Shown here piece by piece: positions 18,803 through 28,126 of a stretch of DNA of 64,000 bases. Made by a program: the position numbers and the translations under genes. This DNA is from a virus, in the IMG/VR virus record IMGVR_UViG_3300046820_000903, positions 18,292-82,291 of that record; one strand, given 5' to 3'. Under the pieces are notes generated by a model, which did no database searches, was not told where the DNA came from, and saw only the letters and a list, made by a program, of their open reading frames with translations. Numbering within the stretch: the stretch's first letter is position 1; every line of letters starts with the position of its first letter.

Positions 18803-19012
18803 TTAATCAATGTAGTTGTTAGCTTTTAAGTATACCCACATCTTCCAGTCAATTGCCTGAGCAAATTCTAGAAGCTTGTCCATTTTTTTGTTAAGTTCAG
18901 CGATACCATCATCGCTACCGCTCTCTGCAACGGCTTCATCGGCACCAGCAGACTTTGGCAAAGGACGCTTAACCGCCTTGTTTAAATTGCCAACTTTAAC
19001 ATCATCGTTCAT
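18803..19012 (-). CDS. hypothetical protein
   Basis: 69-aa coupled ORF. Confidence 0.65.
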   Translation of the reverse strand: MNDDVKVGNLNKAVKRPLPKSAGADEAVAESGSDDGIAELNKKMDKLLEFAQAIDWKMWVYLKANNYID

Positions 19013-19013
19013 T

Positions 19014-19592
19014 TTATATTTCCTTGTTTAGGTTTACAGGTGTATCGCCTTTATAGGCACTCCATGGCGTAAAGTACTTTCTTTTAGTGAGGTTCTCTAA
19101 AGGAACGCACCATACACCAGGATTCGTAGCATCAAAGCTCTTGTCGTCGACTTTGATGGTTGTATTATAATTTAACAGTCTTAGGTAAGGAAGTTTTACC
19201 GAAACCATTGGAATAACACGATTGTTGTCACTGGCAGAGCTTTCTAGAAAGCCTTCAATTTGACTGGCAGTGATGTCTACTGTAATATAATCAATACTAG
19301 TGCCGTCAAGCAATTCATCAATCATGCCATCAATTTGGCGCCACGTATAATAATCATCATTTGCTACACTATGAAAGCTCATGTTAGCACCGAGATAAAC
19401 GTGACGAATGTACTTTGAATGATCGTGATAGCTAGACCTATCACCAATAATACGTTTAAGTGTATCCATGGGTTGGATACCAACAACAAACAATGTTAGC
19501 ATATCCTTAGCAGGCGAACTTTCAACTTCAGTCCCAATAAAGTAGTTTACACTAGTTGTTGGGCCTGTACCATAATCACGTTCAATACTCAT
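19014..19592 (-). CDS. hypothetical protein translationally coupled to the DpdA-like gene
   Basis: ATGA overlap with 19589..21145; YFIGTEVE, TLFVVG, YLGANMSF and DDKSFDATNPGVW. Confidence 0.75.
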   Translation of the reverse strand: MSIERDYGTGPTTSVNYFIGTEVESSPAKDMLTLFVVGIQPMDTLKRIIGDRSSYHDHSKYIRHVYLGANMSFHSVANDDYYTWRQIDGMIDELLDGTSIDYITVDITASQIEGFLESSASDNNRVIPMVSVKLPYLRLLNYNTTIKVDDKSFDATNPGVWCVPLENLTKRKYFTPWSAYKGDTPVNLNKEI

Positions 19593-21145
19593 TCCAAGTC
19601 CTCTTCAAGTTCCATTAACTTTTCATTGTCTAAACTTGCCATGTCATCTTCTTCTGGAAGCTCATCAACTGTGTCAAACAAGTCTTTACCTTTTGCGGCA
19701 TTAGCGGCGTCAACACCACCAAAGCTAATGGAGTTTAAGAACGTTGTATTATCAACAATCATTTGACGAGCTTCTGCCATAGTAGTTGCAGGATCAAATA
19801 GAACTTCTACAAAGTTGTTAAAGTACAAGATGTCATTTGGAATAAACTCACTTAACTGTGGAGCCTTCTTGCCAAACCCAACTGCATCTTTATAACTTAC
19901 TTTGGTCCGCTCGTATTCAATATCTGCTACTCGCAATGTTTCTTGCACCGCTTGTATATGATTATACACGTTATGTGCCATGATGAGCAAGTAGGACATG
20001 GTATCCCAACTAGTCTTTCCAACCTTACCTGTCTTGTTGGCATCGTTTGGACCAAGATAACAAATGTCGCCTGCTACCAGCCGTTCCATAATAGGACCTT
20101 GATGAGGCATAGCCAGCTTTGAACCTTTGAGCCGCTTGTCGTCAACACTCTTGCCCATAGAATATGTTAGCTTCTGTGGAGTAAAGTAATTGTAATTGTA
20201 ACTCAATGCATAGCCACCAGCCGCAACAAACGGACTTGCCGCATCAAAGCTAATGTTGATGTTAGGATTGTGATGCTTTTGTAATTGGCGCTTGATAGAA
20301 GTCAAGTAGCAGGCCCACTTTAGACGACCAATGCCTAGGAAGTGAATCCAGTCCTTATCTGCAATAAGACCATCTTCAATCAAGTCAAGCATACGATTTA
20401 ATACTGAGGGCATGTGCTTCATATTGATACCAGCAAACGCCCAACCTTCAAGTGTACGATCTTCGGTATAGCCTAACTCAACTACACTGGACTTTTTACT
20501 AAAGTGTTTGATTGTGTCGTACCACAGCTTGGAGTTATCTGGTGTGCTACCAGAGATAACGTTTAGAAACTTTGTAGCACCTGGTACACGATGCTTCATA
20601 AAGTAATGAAGGTTATGTACTGAAATATCAAGTGTATCTTCAAACTTGGTTAAACCAGTCTTAGCACTCAGCGGAGGTACTGCGGCAAACGCAGGAACGT
20701 CAAGTGTCATTGACCAATCTGAAGTATGTTCTAAGTAGCGTAGAATTTCTTCGCGGAACTTGTCACCTTCCGCACCTTTGATGTTCTTCCAATCCATCTT
20801 GATAACACCAGTTGCCAATTGGAAACCAGAGCTATCACCTACAATTGTTGTTCGGCTACGATCACGCTTGTGAATCATTGGCTCTTTGTCATCACAACGA
20901 GTCAAGTTGCGATCAGCATGGCCTGCTGAATATAGCGCAACGCCATAGTGATAGTACGAGTCTTCTGTCTTAAGAAAGTTTACACCTTCCAAGCCGTGTT
21001 CAAAACCTGCAGGGACACGACCAGCAGGTACAAATGTTGGATCACTGGCAACCTTACCAAGTTGTTTGGTATAGAAGCCACTAATGGCTGGGAGATAAAA
21101 GGCATAGTTGCCTTCTACTGCCCTTTTGGTCATGTCAATAGTCAT
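19589..21145 (-). CDS. dpdA: TGT-fold 7-deazaguanine DNA transglycosylase-like protein (DpdA family)
   Basis: GDSSGFQ (TGT DSGGFQ), SMTLDVP, IHFLGIG and SFDAASPF; lies with folE, queE and the T-fold gene and next to the clamp and polymerase. Confidence 0.8.
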   Translation of the reverse strand: MTIDMTKRAVEGNYAFYLPAISGFYTKQLGKVASDPTFVPAGRVPAGFEHGLEGVNFLKTEDSYYHYGVALYSAGHADRNLTRCDDKEPMIHKRDRSRTTIVGDSSGFQLATGVIKMDWKNIKGAEGDKFREEILRYLEHTSDWSMTLDVPAFAAVPPLSAKTGLTKFEDTLDISVHNLHYFMKHRVPGATKFLNVISGSTPDNSKLWYDTIKHFSKKSSVVELGYTEDRTLEGWAFAGINMKHMPSVLNRMLDLIEDGLIADKDWIHFLGIGRLKWACYLTSIKRQLQKHHNPNINISFDAASPFVAAGGYALSYNYNYFTPQKLTYSMGKSVDDKRLKGSKLAMPHQGPIMERLVAGDICYLGPNDANKTGKVGKTSWDTMSYLLIMAHNVYNHIQAVQETLRVADIEYERTKVSYKDAVGFGKKAPQLSEFIPNDILYFNNFVEVLFDPATTMAEARQMIVDNTTFLNSISFGGVDAANAAKGKDLFDTVDELPEEDDMASLDNEKLMELEEDLE

Positions 21146-21147
21146 GT

Positions 21148-21867
21148 TTAGTTTTGTGCGCCAGCAATATATTGATAAGCAATAAGACCGCTATTAAATT
21201 CAACCCGAGCGGCTTTCTCGCTAATGCTTAGAATAGGAGTACCTTGGCTACATTGTTTAAATGCTGTCATCATAGCTTGAATAGATAAAGCTACTGGACG
21301 CTTTAGTGTTTGTGTAGTGTCAGCAAAGGTAAACTTACCACCGTGACCACCACCTTGTCCACTACCAAATGTAAAGATCAACTTGCCGTTCTCTGTACTT
21401 GCAATAAAGTTTGGATCAATAGTAGCATACAATGTACCACGTGCCAACAATTCACTAATCTTGTTAGCTTGAGGCTGAACAACCACTTCCCAAGTTGTAC
21501 CTTTAAATGTACGGCTCTTGGTTTTCATCAAGTTAGTGGGAGTCAATCGATACTCGTCCTTGTTATTGTCTTTGTTTGTAAAGACCAAACGATCTTTCTC
21601 GCTGTTTTTGTCTGTGCCAACATCTGCTGTGCTGTCTTCTGACTTGTACAAGTTTGTTAAGCCAATAAAGAAGCCCAAGTTCATCATACCGAAGTTATCT
21701 GGTAACTCTGCTACCTTATCCTTGCTGTTGGCAAGTACAGTAAGCAAGCTACCTTCTGGGTATGCTGTAAATTTTGTAGAGTCTGTTTCTTGTTCAACTA
21801 AGATCTCTTCAAAGAGGCCCAAGCTGGCGATGTTTTTTGCTACATCAAGCGCGATATCTTTTAACAT
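21148..21867 (-). CDS. putative sliding clamp (gp45-like)
   Basis: 239 aa, beta/alpha two-lobed pattern, immediately downstream of the DNA polymerase. Confidence 0.6.
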   Translation of the reverse strand: MLKDIALDVAKNIASLGLFEEILVEQETDSTKFTAYPEGSLLTVLANSKDKVAELPDNFGMMNLGFFIGLTNLYKSEDSTADVGTDKNSEKDRLVFTNKDNNKDEYRLTPTNLMKTKSRTFKGTTWEVVVQPQANKISELLARGTLYATIDPNFIASTENGKLIFTFGSGQGGGHGGKFTFADTTQTLKRPVALSIQAMMTAFKQCSQGTPILSISEKAARVEFNSGLIAYQYIAGAQN

Positions 21868-21890
21868 TGTGATTCTCCTGTCATGTATTG

Positions 21891-21919
21891 ATTATATTTA
21901 GATTTAGGTTTAAAGTCAA
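21891..21919 (-). promoter_or_regulatory. sigma70-type promoter
   Basis: TTGACT-17 nt-TATAAT, AGGAG RBS downstream. Confidence 0.75.
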
Positions 21920-21935
21920 GTTCCTGTTCACCGTT

Positions 21936-24584
21936 TTAGGAAAACAAGTCATCAATAAATCCTCGGTCCTTACTAAGGCTCAAGTCCCAGTGTAATACGC
22001 CGAGCAAGTTTTCAATCTTACTGTCAATGATAGTTTCCTCCATTGCTGTATGATCAAATGGCAATTGCTTAAACCAATCTGGGAGATTCATCTCGTCAAT
22101 TGGATACGCAATACTGTTAATTTGCATTGGGTTGGACCTTAGCTTGCATACAATGGCCTTTTGACCATCTGTAATATCCATACTACGCCTATCTCCAAAT
22201 GCTTCTTTGATACGATTCCAGTTAATGGCCGCCATAGCATGTCCTACTCCGCATTTACCTGTTTTGACATAAACATCTGTATGCTTAGTTAGATTATTAA
22301 CACGCTTGGGTGTGCCCTTTTCCCAACCAGGGCGGCTCTTAAACTCCTCACGGAACTGTTTAACACGAGCCATGACATCTTGTTCACTCTTACCTTCCAG
22401 AGTCATGGTAAGTGCTTCTTCCAAGAACCGTTGCATGAACTCTGGAGTATCGGCTCGCTTCATGTCAAGCCCCATGGCTTTAAGCTCACCAGTGGCACCA
22501 TCTTTATCTTTACGCTTGCCTTCCTTATCATAGATAAGAACAGCATAACGCTTCTTGGTCATGTAAATGCCTTTACTTGCAACTACTTCTCGACCAGCTT
22601 TGATAATCTCACCTTGGCTAGCAGGAGCATTGAACGCATAGTTCATAAACGCAGAGAAGGTATCGTTTACCTGCTCACTAATAGCATCGTACAACTCGAT
22701 AATCTTTTCTCTGCTCCAATCAATCTCATCACGTTCAATTTGTTCTTTAAAGATTGGATATGCAGAGAAGTAAACAGAGTCAGTGTCACCATAGATAATT
22801 GCCTTGCCCATATGATCCTTCTCACCTGTCAAGCAATCGTTAACAGCACCTGCCATGTGTCTAGCAACTAAGCGTCCACATAGTGTAGTTGATTGACCTA
22901 AGCGTTGATCAAAGAATCGACTACCAGCGTTCAACAACGCACCGTAAGCAGAGTTCAAGTTAATCTTCTTAACCAGCTGTCGCTTGTCCCAGAAGTCAAA
23001 CATATCTGTTCCGTAAGCTTCTTTGGCTTTTGCCTGTAGTTCTTTACGTTCAGCATACCAACGCTCTAGTAGACCTGGGATAACACCTTTACTGGCATAG
23101 CTAAAGATTGTACCGTTGCCACTGATCATCAATGGCTTACCACCATGGAATACAAAGTCGTATACTTCTGCGCTTGACATTTCACTGCTGGTACCATCTG
23201 CCCAATCAACAATTTCTGTTTGCCCAATGTCTCGTTTCATCACAGATTCATATTCAAAGCAAGCAAACTTGCCCTCCCAAAACTCTGCAATGCCTTTGCC
23301 ATTTGCAATAAATTCGTCAATGCCGGCAAGTGTGCGTGATTGTCGTACTTGACCAATGATAGTCTCGGGACTCATATTAAGCGCACGGATCAGACTTGGA
23401 TACAGACTGTTAATGTCCATACTGCCAATCCACTCATGCATGCCTGCTTTAGGTACAGCAACATAAGCACCTGCCGCGGCATTGTCTTTTGCATCATTAC
23501 TGCGCCTTGGGCGGTCTGGAACCACCATGCCTAGTCTATGTGCTTCATTGATAACAGCTTGATCGGTAACTGCCACTGCACCTAGTGTAGCCCGAAGTCC
23601 TACACAGTTGGCATGACTAATCAAATTGGTAAGCTCAATGAACTTTAACTTGTCATCTAGTTTCTTCAACAACAGTACGTCTTGCCTGTTGTAGGCAATG
23701 AACTTTTCCCAGTCGTTGTTGTATAACTGATCCAGTGTGCCTTCATATGGAATCTTATTCTCACCAAGTTCATACTCACCAATGGCATCCAAGCGATAAG
23801 TGTGCATCTCATGATAGTTGTATTTTCGATACAGTTCAAGATAGTCCAGGTGAACACGACCAATAGGATCGTATGTTTCTAGTGTCTTGCCATACTTTTC
23901 AAACTCACGCTTCTTGGGGAATTGGTTCCATAGACAAATCCTTCGAGTGTGTTCTTTGCCTAGTATGCGTGTGATGCGATTGGTAGTGTAAGGAATATCA
24001 AAGCCTTCACTGTTCCAGCCACTCAGTACATCTGCATCATCTATCAGATCCAGAAACATTTCCAACATTTCTTTTTCGTCTGCACACAAGATTGTGTCAT
24101 CAAACTTTGATACAATGTCTTTGGCAATGTTATCTGCCATTGCTTCGGGTTTAAGAACTAATGTAATAGTCCTATTAATCCATTGCAAGTGCGTGGTGAT
24201 AGCAGTAATGTAATTGAAAGGATCATCTGGCGGCGCAAAGCCTTTTACCTTGTCGTATGATACCTCAATGTCAAAAAACGCTACATGAAGGTTAGGAGCA
24301 TCCATACCGCTATACACTTCTTCCAAGCAACGATTAAGCGGCTTGTAATCGCTTTCACACAGCTTTTTGTTATTGTGTATGCGCCTCTCTTTGTCAAAAG
24401 CCGCGGCATTGCTTAGTAGGATACGACTAACACGGTCACCGGCAATGTTAGTAAACTTGCCTTTGCTATCTGGGTAATACAGTACATACTTGGCTGGATA
24501 CTCTTTGAGTACCCTCTTGCCATCTACACGTTCTACAACGTGGATGATTTCTTTTTTCTTATCGTGATATGCGTCTACAAACAT
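21936..24584 (-). CDS. family B DNA polymerase (gp43-like)
   Basis: Exonuclease motifs FFDIE, GWNSEGFD and YNRQD; polymerase motifs DINSLYPS, KKINLNSAYG, YGDTDS and KKRYA; uninterrupted. Confidence 0.97.
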   Translation of the reverse strand: MFVDAYHDKKKEIIHVVERVDGKRVLKEYPAKYVLYYPDSKGKFTNIAGDRVSRILLSNAAAFDKERRIHNNKKLCESDYKPLNRCLEEVYSGMDAPNLHVAFFDIEVSYDKVKGFAPPDDPFNYITAITTHLQWINRTITLVLKPEAMADNIAKDIVSKFDDTILCADEKEMLEMFLDLIDDADVLSGWNSEGFDIPYTTNRITRILGKEHTRRICLWNQFPKKREFEKYGKTLETYDPIGRVHLDYLELYRKYNYHEMHTYRLDAIGEYELGENKIPYEGTLDQLYNNDWEKFIAYNRQDVLLLKKLDDKLKFIELTNLISHANCVGLRATLGAVAVTDQAVINEAHRLGMVVPDRPRRSNDAKDNAAAGAYVAVPKAGMHEWIGSMDINSLYPSLIRALNMSPETIIGQVRQSRTLAGIDEFIANGKGIAEFWEGKFACFEYESVMKRDIGQTEIVDWADGTSSEMSSAEVYDFVFHGGKPLMISGNGTIFSYASKGVIPGLLERWYAERKELQAKAKEAYGTDMFDFWDKRQLVKKINLNSAYGALLNAGSRFFDQRLGQSTTLCGRLVARHMAGAVNDCLTGEKDHMGKAIIYGDTDSVYFSAYPIFKEQIERDEIDWSREKIIELYDAISEQVNDTFSAFMNYAFNAPASQGEIIKAGREVVASKGIYMTKKRYAVLIYDKEGKRKDKDGATGELKAMGLDMKRADTPEFMQRFLEEALTMTLEGKSEQDVMARVKQFREEFKSRPGWEKGTPKRVNNLTKHTDVYVKTGKCGVGHAMAAINWNRIKEAFGDRRSMDITDGQKAIVCKLRSNPMQINSIAYPIDEMNLPDWFKQLPFDHTAMEETIIDSKIENLLGVLHWDLSLSKDRGFIDDLFS

Positions 24585-24601
24585 GTATTATGTATTTCTC
24601 T

Positions 24602-24994
24602 TTAATAGAAGTGTCTAGCCAGCGCATCACGCAACTTTTCTGACTCTACTTCAATCTCAAGTTCTTTGAGTGTGTTGGTCATCACATGCTCTAGGTCATC
24701 AAAGTCATAGATAGCATTATGCAGGCCCAAGAAGCCAGCATGTTGCGCGGCCGCATAAGCTTCCGGTCCCCATCCAAAGGTATCGTATAATACACCTCGG
24801 TAGCTACGCTTTTCATCAAGTTCACCTTTACACAGCTTTTCAACCACAGCACAGAATGCCCATAGCTGTTCCTCGGGTTCAAGACTTGAGAAGTACGAAT
24901 TGGCCATTTGCTGCCAGCTGTCAGCTGCCTTGGCAAACTCTCTGCCAGACTCATGCAATGCATCCATTACTTCTTGTTTTTTAATTTCATCCAT
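24602..24994 (-). CDS. hypothetical protein
   Basis: 130-aa ORF. Confidence 0.7.
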   Translation of the reverse strand: MDEIKKQEVMDALHESGREFAKAADSWQQMANSYFSSLEPEEQLWAFCAVVEKLCKGELDEKRSYRGVLYDTFGWGPEAYAAAQHAGFLGLHNAIYDFDDLEHVMTNTLKELEIEVESEKLRDALARHFY

Positions 24995-25425
24995 TAATTC
25001 TCTCCAAACAACTTATACATGAACCATTCTTCTTCTGGAATGATAGCAACGTTGAAACATTCTTTGATGTAGGTTTTCTTTTTAGGTGCGGCAAAACTTC
25101 GCTTGTGTTCCAGTGCAGGTACAAGCGCAACACGCTTTGCTGTAAAATGTTTAATACCACATACCATAATGCGGTTGTTGTCTACTGCTAATACAAACTG
25201 TCCAACTTGCAAAGACCTGCCAATAATATCTCTGTGGAATTCGTTTGGCTCAGCAACCACCGTTGGTACTTTGTGCTTTTTTGGCATGGAAGGCGGAGGG
25301 GTACCAACAGGTAGACAAGTCACTGGATTATAAGTACTACTCTTTCTCCCTTGCAGTGAAGGTGGTAAAGGGCGTGTTAAAGAAAGCCGTCTGCTGGGAA
25401 ACTTTGAAATGTTCTTGGTTGCCAT
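24994..25425 (-). CDS. hypothetical protein
   Basis: Start reassigned to MATKNISK, which has a GGAG RBS and a promoter upstream. Confidence 0.65.
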   Translation of the reverse strand: MATKNISKFPSRRLSLTRPLPPSLQGRKSSTYNPVTCLPVGTPPPSMPKKHKVPTVVAEPNEFHRDIIGRSLQVGQFVLAVDNNRIMVCGIKHFTAKRVALVPALEHKRSFAAPKKKTYIKECFNVAIIPEEEWFMYKLFGEN

Positions 25426-25449
25426 ACAATCTCCAATTGTAAAAGTACT

Positions 25450-25478
25450 AGTATAGCATATAGTTAAACGCAAGTCAA
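25450..25478 (-). promoter_or_regulatory. sigma70-type promoter
   Basis: TTGACT-17 nt-TATACT with TGn extension. Confidence 0.7.
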
Positions 25479-25724
25479 CGCAAATAACGCCGCTTCCTCG
25501 TCGCATTCAAATTGAATAAACTTCTCTCTTAGATAACCAGGGCTATGGTAGTATGGATGCTTACAGTTTGCTTTCAGCCACTCGTCTACCAAATGATCCT
25601 TATAACTGCGTTGGTATAGTGCCTGTACACCGTCAACAGTTTTTGCATAAACTACTTTGTGCAAGACAGGAAAGTTAATGCCAGGCCATGCTTCATTGGT
25701 TTTATAAGTTACTGTCATGACCAC
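25464..25724 (-). CDS. small paralogue-array protein
   Basis: VDEWLKANC...IQFECDEEAALFALTC. Confidence 0.7.
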   Translation of the reverse strand: MVMTVTYKTNEAWPGINFPVLHKVVYAKTVDGVQALYQRSYKDHLVDEWLKANCKHPYYHSPGYLREKFIQFECDEEAALFALTCV

Positions 25725-25972
25725 CTCAGTATAAAATACATAAGGTCGTCTTTATTCCTAAACCAAAACTTAGCATTGTTAACATACCAACGCATACCCG
25801 GTGTCCATACTCCATCAGCAGAGCTTGGCCCGTATGTTTCCACGCACCAAGCTACCATATCATACCATCTATCTACTCCGGCCTGGGTATGGTACAAATC
25901 CCATGATGGTACAGGCTGTACAGTGTAGTAACGTGCGCCGTAAACACGGCCCTCATCTTGAGTTAACCCCAT
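25715..25972 (-). CDS. small paralogue-array protein
   Basis: MVAWCVETYG...FWFRNKDDLMYFILRWS. Confidence 0.7.
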   Translation of the reverse strand: MGLTQDEGRVYGARYYTVQPVPSWDLYHTQAGVDRWYDMVAWCVETYGPSSADGVWTPGMRWYVNNAKFWFRNKDDLMYFILRWS

Positions 25973-26238
25973 GTTAGTTTAAATAGTGCCGCTTCTTCTC
26001 TGCTTTCAAAAACAAATATTCTTCCGCAATGTTTCCATTCACATTTACATTCATTATGCAACCAGTTGGTTATATCGATTGCACGTTTATTTGGACGTAG
26101 TGCTTCAAACTCAACTTTAACCCAACCTATGTCTACAAGCAGGCTACACATGACACCAAAGTCAATATCTTCAGCAATTTGTCGGCCTGCTCGTTCAATT
26201 ATTTGATCTTGCAGTACTTGCGTCGCGGTCTTATTCAT
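25963..26238 (-). CDS. small paralogue-array protein
   Basis: ITNWLHNEC...FVFESREEAALFKLTWG. Confidence 0.7.
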   Translation of the reverse strand: MNKTATQVLQDQIIERAGRQIAEDIDFGVMCSLLVDIGWVKVEFEALRPNKRAIDITNWLHNECKCEWKHCGRIFVFESREEAALFKLTWG

Positions 26239-26503
26239 GTCCCCACCTTAGTTTAGTCATAGTAAACATCTCTTGCGATACATCAAAGGTATTACGGTAA
26301 ATCATCCATCTACCGTCGATATGACTATACCACTCACTGCCCTCTACACCGTTTTCTCGAATCCACATGGAAACTTCTTTGCGGCATGCAATAGTGTACC
26401 AAGGCACACCATCAACCTCAGCAGTTGTTAGCACTTCAAACGGTGGCTCTGGATAAACCACATGGGTCCATTGTTGTTGAACGGCAGTTTTAACTACTGG
26501 CAT
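26231..26503 (-). CDS. small paralogue-array protein
   Basis: VSMWIRENG...FDVSQEMFTMTKLRWG. Confidence 0.7.
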   Translation of the reverse strand: MPVVKTAVQQQWTHVVYPEPPFEVLTTAEVDGVPWYTIACRKEVSMWIRENGVEGSEWYSHIDGRWMIYRNTFDVSQEMFTMTKLRWGHE

Positions 26504-26729
26504 TGGACCACCTTAATATAAACAAAGCACGTTCCTCTGGATCTTTTACTCGCCATAAGTCATGCCCCATAACACCGTAAAGCTCACCATGAACATTGAC
26601 TTCTTGGCTTTTGCACCAATTCCAAACTTGTTCGCGCAACTTAACTGGCAATAGCACATCACGATTGTCGCCTACAATAGACAAGCCATCTTTGCTTGTT
26701 AAAAATGTTTTGACACTCATTAGGACCAC
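26490..26729 (-). CDS. small paralogue-array protein
   Basis: VWNWCKSQ...WRVKDPEERALFILRWS. Confidence 0.7.
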   Translation of the reverse strand: MVLMSVKTFLTSKDGLSIVGDNRDVLLPVKLREQVWNWCKSQEVNVHGELYGVMGHDLWRVKDPEERALFILRWSNASS

Positions 26730-26998
26730 CTAAGGTTGTAAATCATTATAAACTGATTGGCTTCTTCTGCAGATTTAAACTTCCATGTATCGTAGCTGAT
26801 TCTGCGAGCATTAGAGTTTTCCTGTACCCATTCTAATACTTTTTCAATCTCATCTGGGTCAACTGTAGTTCCAAAGAACTTGTCAGACTTATGTTCGGGG
26901 TTTTCATTCAGCTGAACAGTATGTCCCCATACTCCTTGCCAGCAATATTGAGCCTTGTACCACTTCACTGTATGCTTCCGCCCCATACCAAATGACAA
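26720..26998 (-). CDS. small paralogue-array protein
   Basis: VLEWVQENS...WKFKSAEEANQFIMIYNLRWS. Confidence 0.7.
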   Translation of the reverse strand: MSFGMGRKHTVKWYKAQYCWQGVWGHTVQLNENPEHKSDKFFGTTVDPDEIEKVLEWVQENSNARRISYDTWKFKSAEEANQFIMIYNLRWS

Positions 26999-27231
26999 TA
27001 CATTACATCTTCCTTGTTACTAAAAGTAACTTCAGTGATAGTATCCCATTTGCTACTGTTTACATCACTAACATCTGTAGTATTCATGATCCACTTATCG
27101 TCATCGCCATGATACATTTCAAAGTAAGCAAATTCTGCTTTGGTTGTCATAACAAGCGGGCTAATGTTTTCACATAACCAATTCAGCAAAGCTTCTTCGT
27201 TTGCATCACCTATGTAGATACGGGTTTTCAT
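26965..27231 (-). CDS. small paralogue-array protein
   Basis: LLNWLCENI...VTFSNKEDVMYCHLVWG. Confidence 0.7.
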   Translation of the reverse strand: MKTRIYIGDANEEALLNWLCENISPLVMTTKAEFAYFEMYHGDDDKWIMNTTDVSDVNSSKWDTITEVTFSNKEDVMYCHLVWGGSIQ

Positions 27232-27521
27232 TAGATGTTAAAGTTTAACATAAAGTATGCGGCTTCGTCTTTGTCCTTGATATGTACAGTAATCATCGGA
27301 TCACCTGAATTGAATCTAGGAGTACAGTCGGCTGTTGGACAATGTTGTTGCATCCACTTAATAAACTCATGCTGGTCTTTGCAGTAGGCCCAGCAATGCC
27401 AGCCTACAATTTCTTCAAGAAACTCTCTTTTTGGGGCTCTTGGATCTTTGAGAAGAAAGTCTGGTATATTGTGCCAACCATCCTCACGGCGCCAGTGATG
27501 TATTGTGACTGCTTGTTCCAT
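27231..27521 (-). CDS. small paralogue-array protein
   Basis: FIKWMQQHC...VHIKDKDEAAYFMLNF. Confidence 0.7.
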   Translation of the reverse strand: MEQAVTIHHWRREDGWHNIPDFLLKDPRAPKREFLEEIVGWHCWAYCKDQHEFIKWMQQHCPTADCTPRFNSGDPMITVHIKDKDEAAYFMLNFNI

Positions 27522-27522
27522 G

Positions 27523-27810
27523 TCATAACATTCTAATTAGGCCTATGGTGTCAATTGTGGTCAACAAAATATAGTTAGCGAGCATGCCAAAAGATTTCCT
27601 AGTCCAACTAGCCCAAGCATACATAGCACAGCCAAGGATCCAAATAGGATAAAGAGTAAGAAGCGGAGGCGTGGGGACTGTGAGTGCCATAGTAATACTG
27701 CAACCAATGCTGATAGCCCAAGCAAGCAACTCAACAACAAACCGAATTCGGTTAGACTTAAAGTCATCCTGGATCCAATCTATCGTTGGCCTAACAAATA
27801 CATCTAACAT
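27523..27810 (-). CDS. small membrane protein (about 3 TM)
   Basis: Three hydrophobic stretches. Confidence 0.7.
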   Translation of the reverse strand: MLDVFVRPTIDWIQDDFKSNRIRFVVELLAWAISIGCSITMALTVPTPPLLTLYPIWILGCAMYAWASWTRKSFGMLANYILLTTIDTIGLIRML

Positions 27811-28061
27811 TACACTTTGTTTTTAGTAACGATTAGAATTTCTTCGACAGCATCCAAATCACTCTGGTCCTTGTCAAAGTCACCTTTAAAAGCTTTGGTG
27901 ATAGCTTTTGTCAAGACTGCGGGCTTGATTTCCATTTCTTCGGCAATTGCCGCAACTGTTTCTTTCAGGCCCACATTAAGGTCGTCAATTTCACGTTTGA
28001 CTTGAACGCCTTCTTGGATCACTTTAGTCAGTTTGGCAATTTGTTCGGGGGTAAAGCTCAT
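27810..28061 (-). CDS. DsbA-like dsDNA-binding protein
   Basis: 83-aa helical protein with a pattern like T4 DsbA or GapR (IQEGVQVKREIDDL...LKETVAAIAEEMEIKP); own promoter and AGGAG RBS. Confidence 0.6.
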   Translation of the reverse strand: MSFTPEQIAKLTKVIQEGVQVKREIDDLNVGLKETVAAIAEEMEIKPAVLTKAITKAFKGDFDKDQSDLDAVEEILIVTKNKV

Positions 28062-28097
28062 TGTATATCTCCTGTAAATGAATATGTTACAGTAGTA

Positions 28098-28126
28098 AGT
28101 ATAGCGGATTAGCTTCGATAAGTCAA
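28098..28126 (-). promoter_or_regulatory. sigma70-type promoter
   Basis: TTGACT-17 nt-TATACT. Confidence 0.7.

Noticed and set aside
21936-24584. Intein or intron in the DNA polymerase
   Set aside because: The ORF is continuous, of normal length, with all motifs normally spaced.
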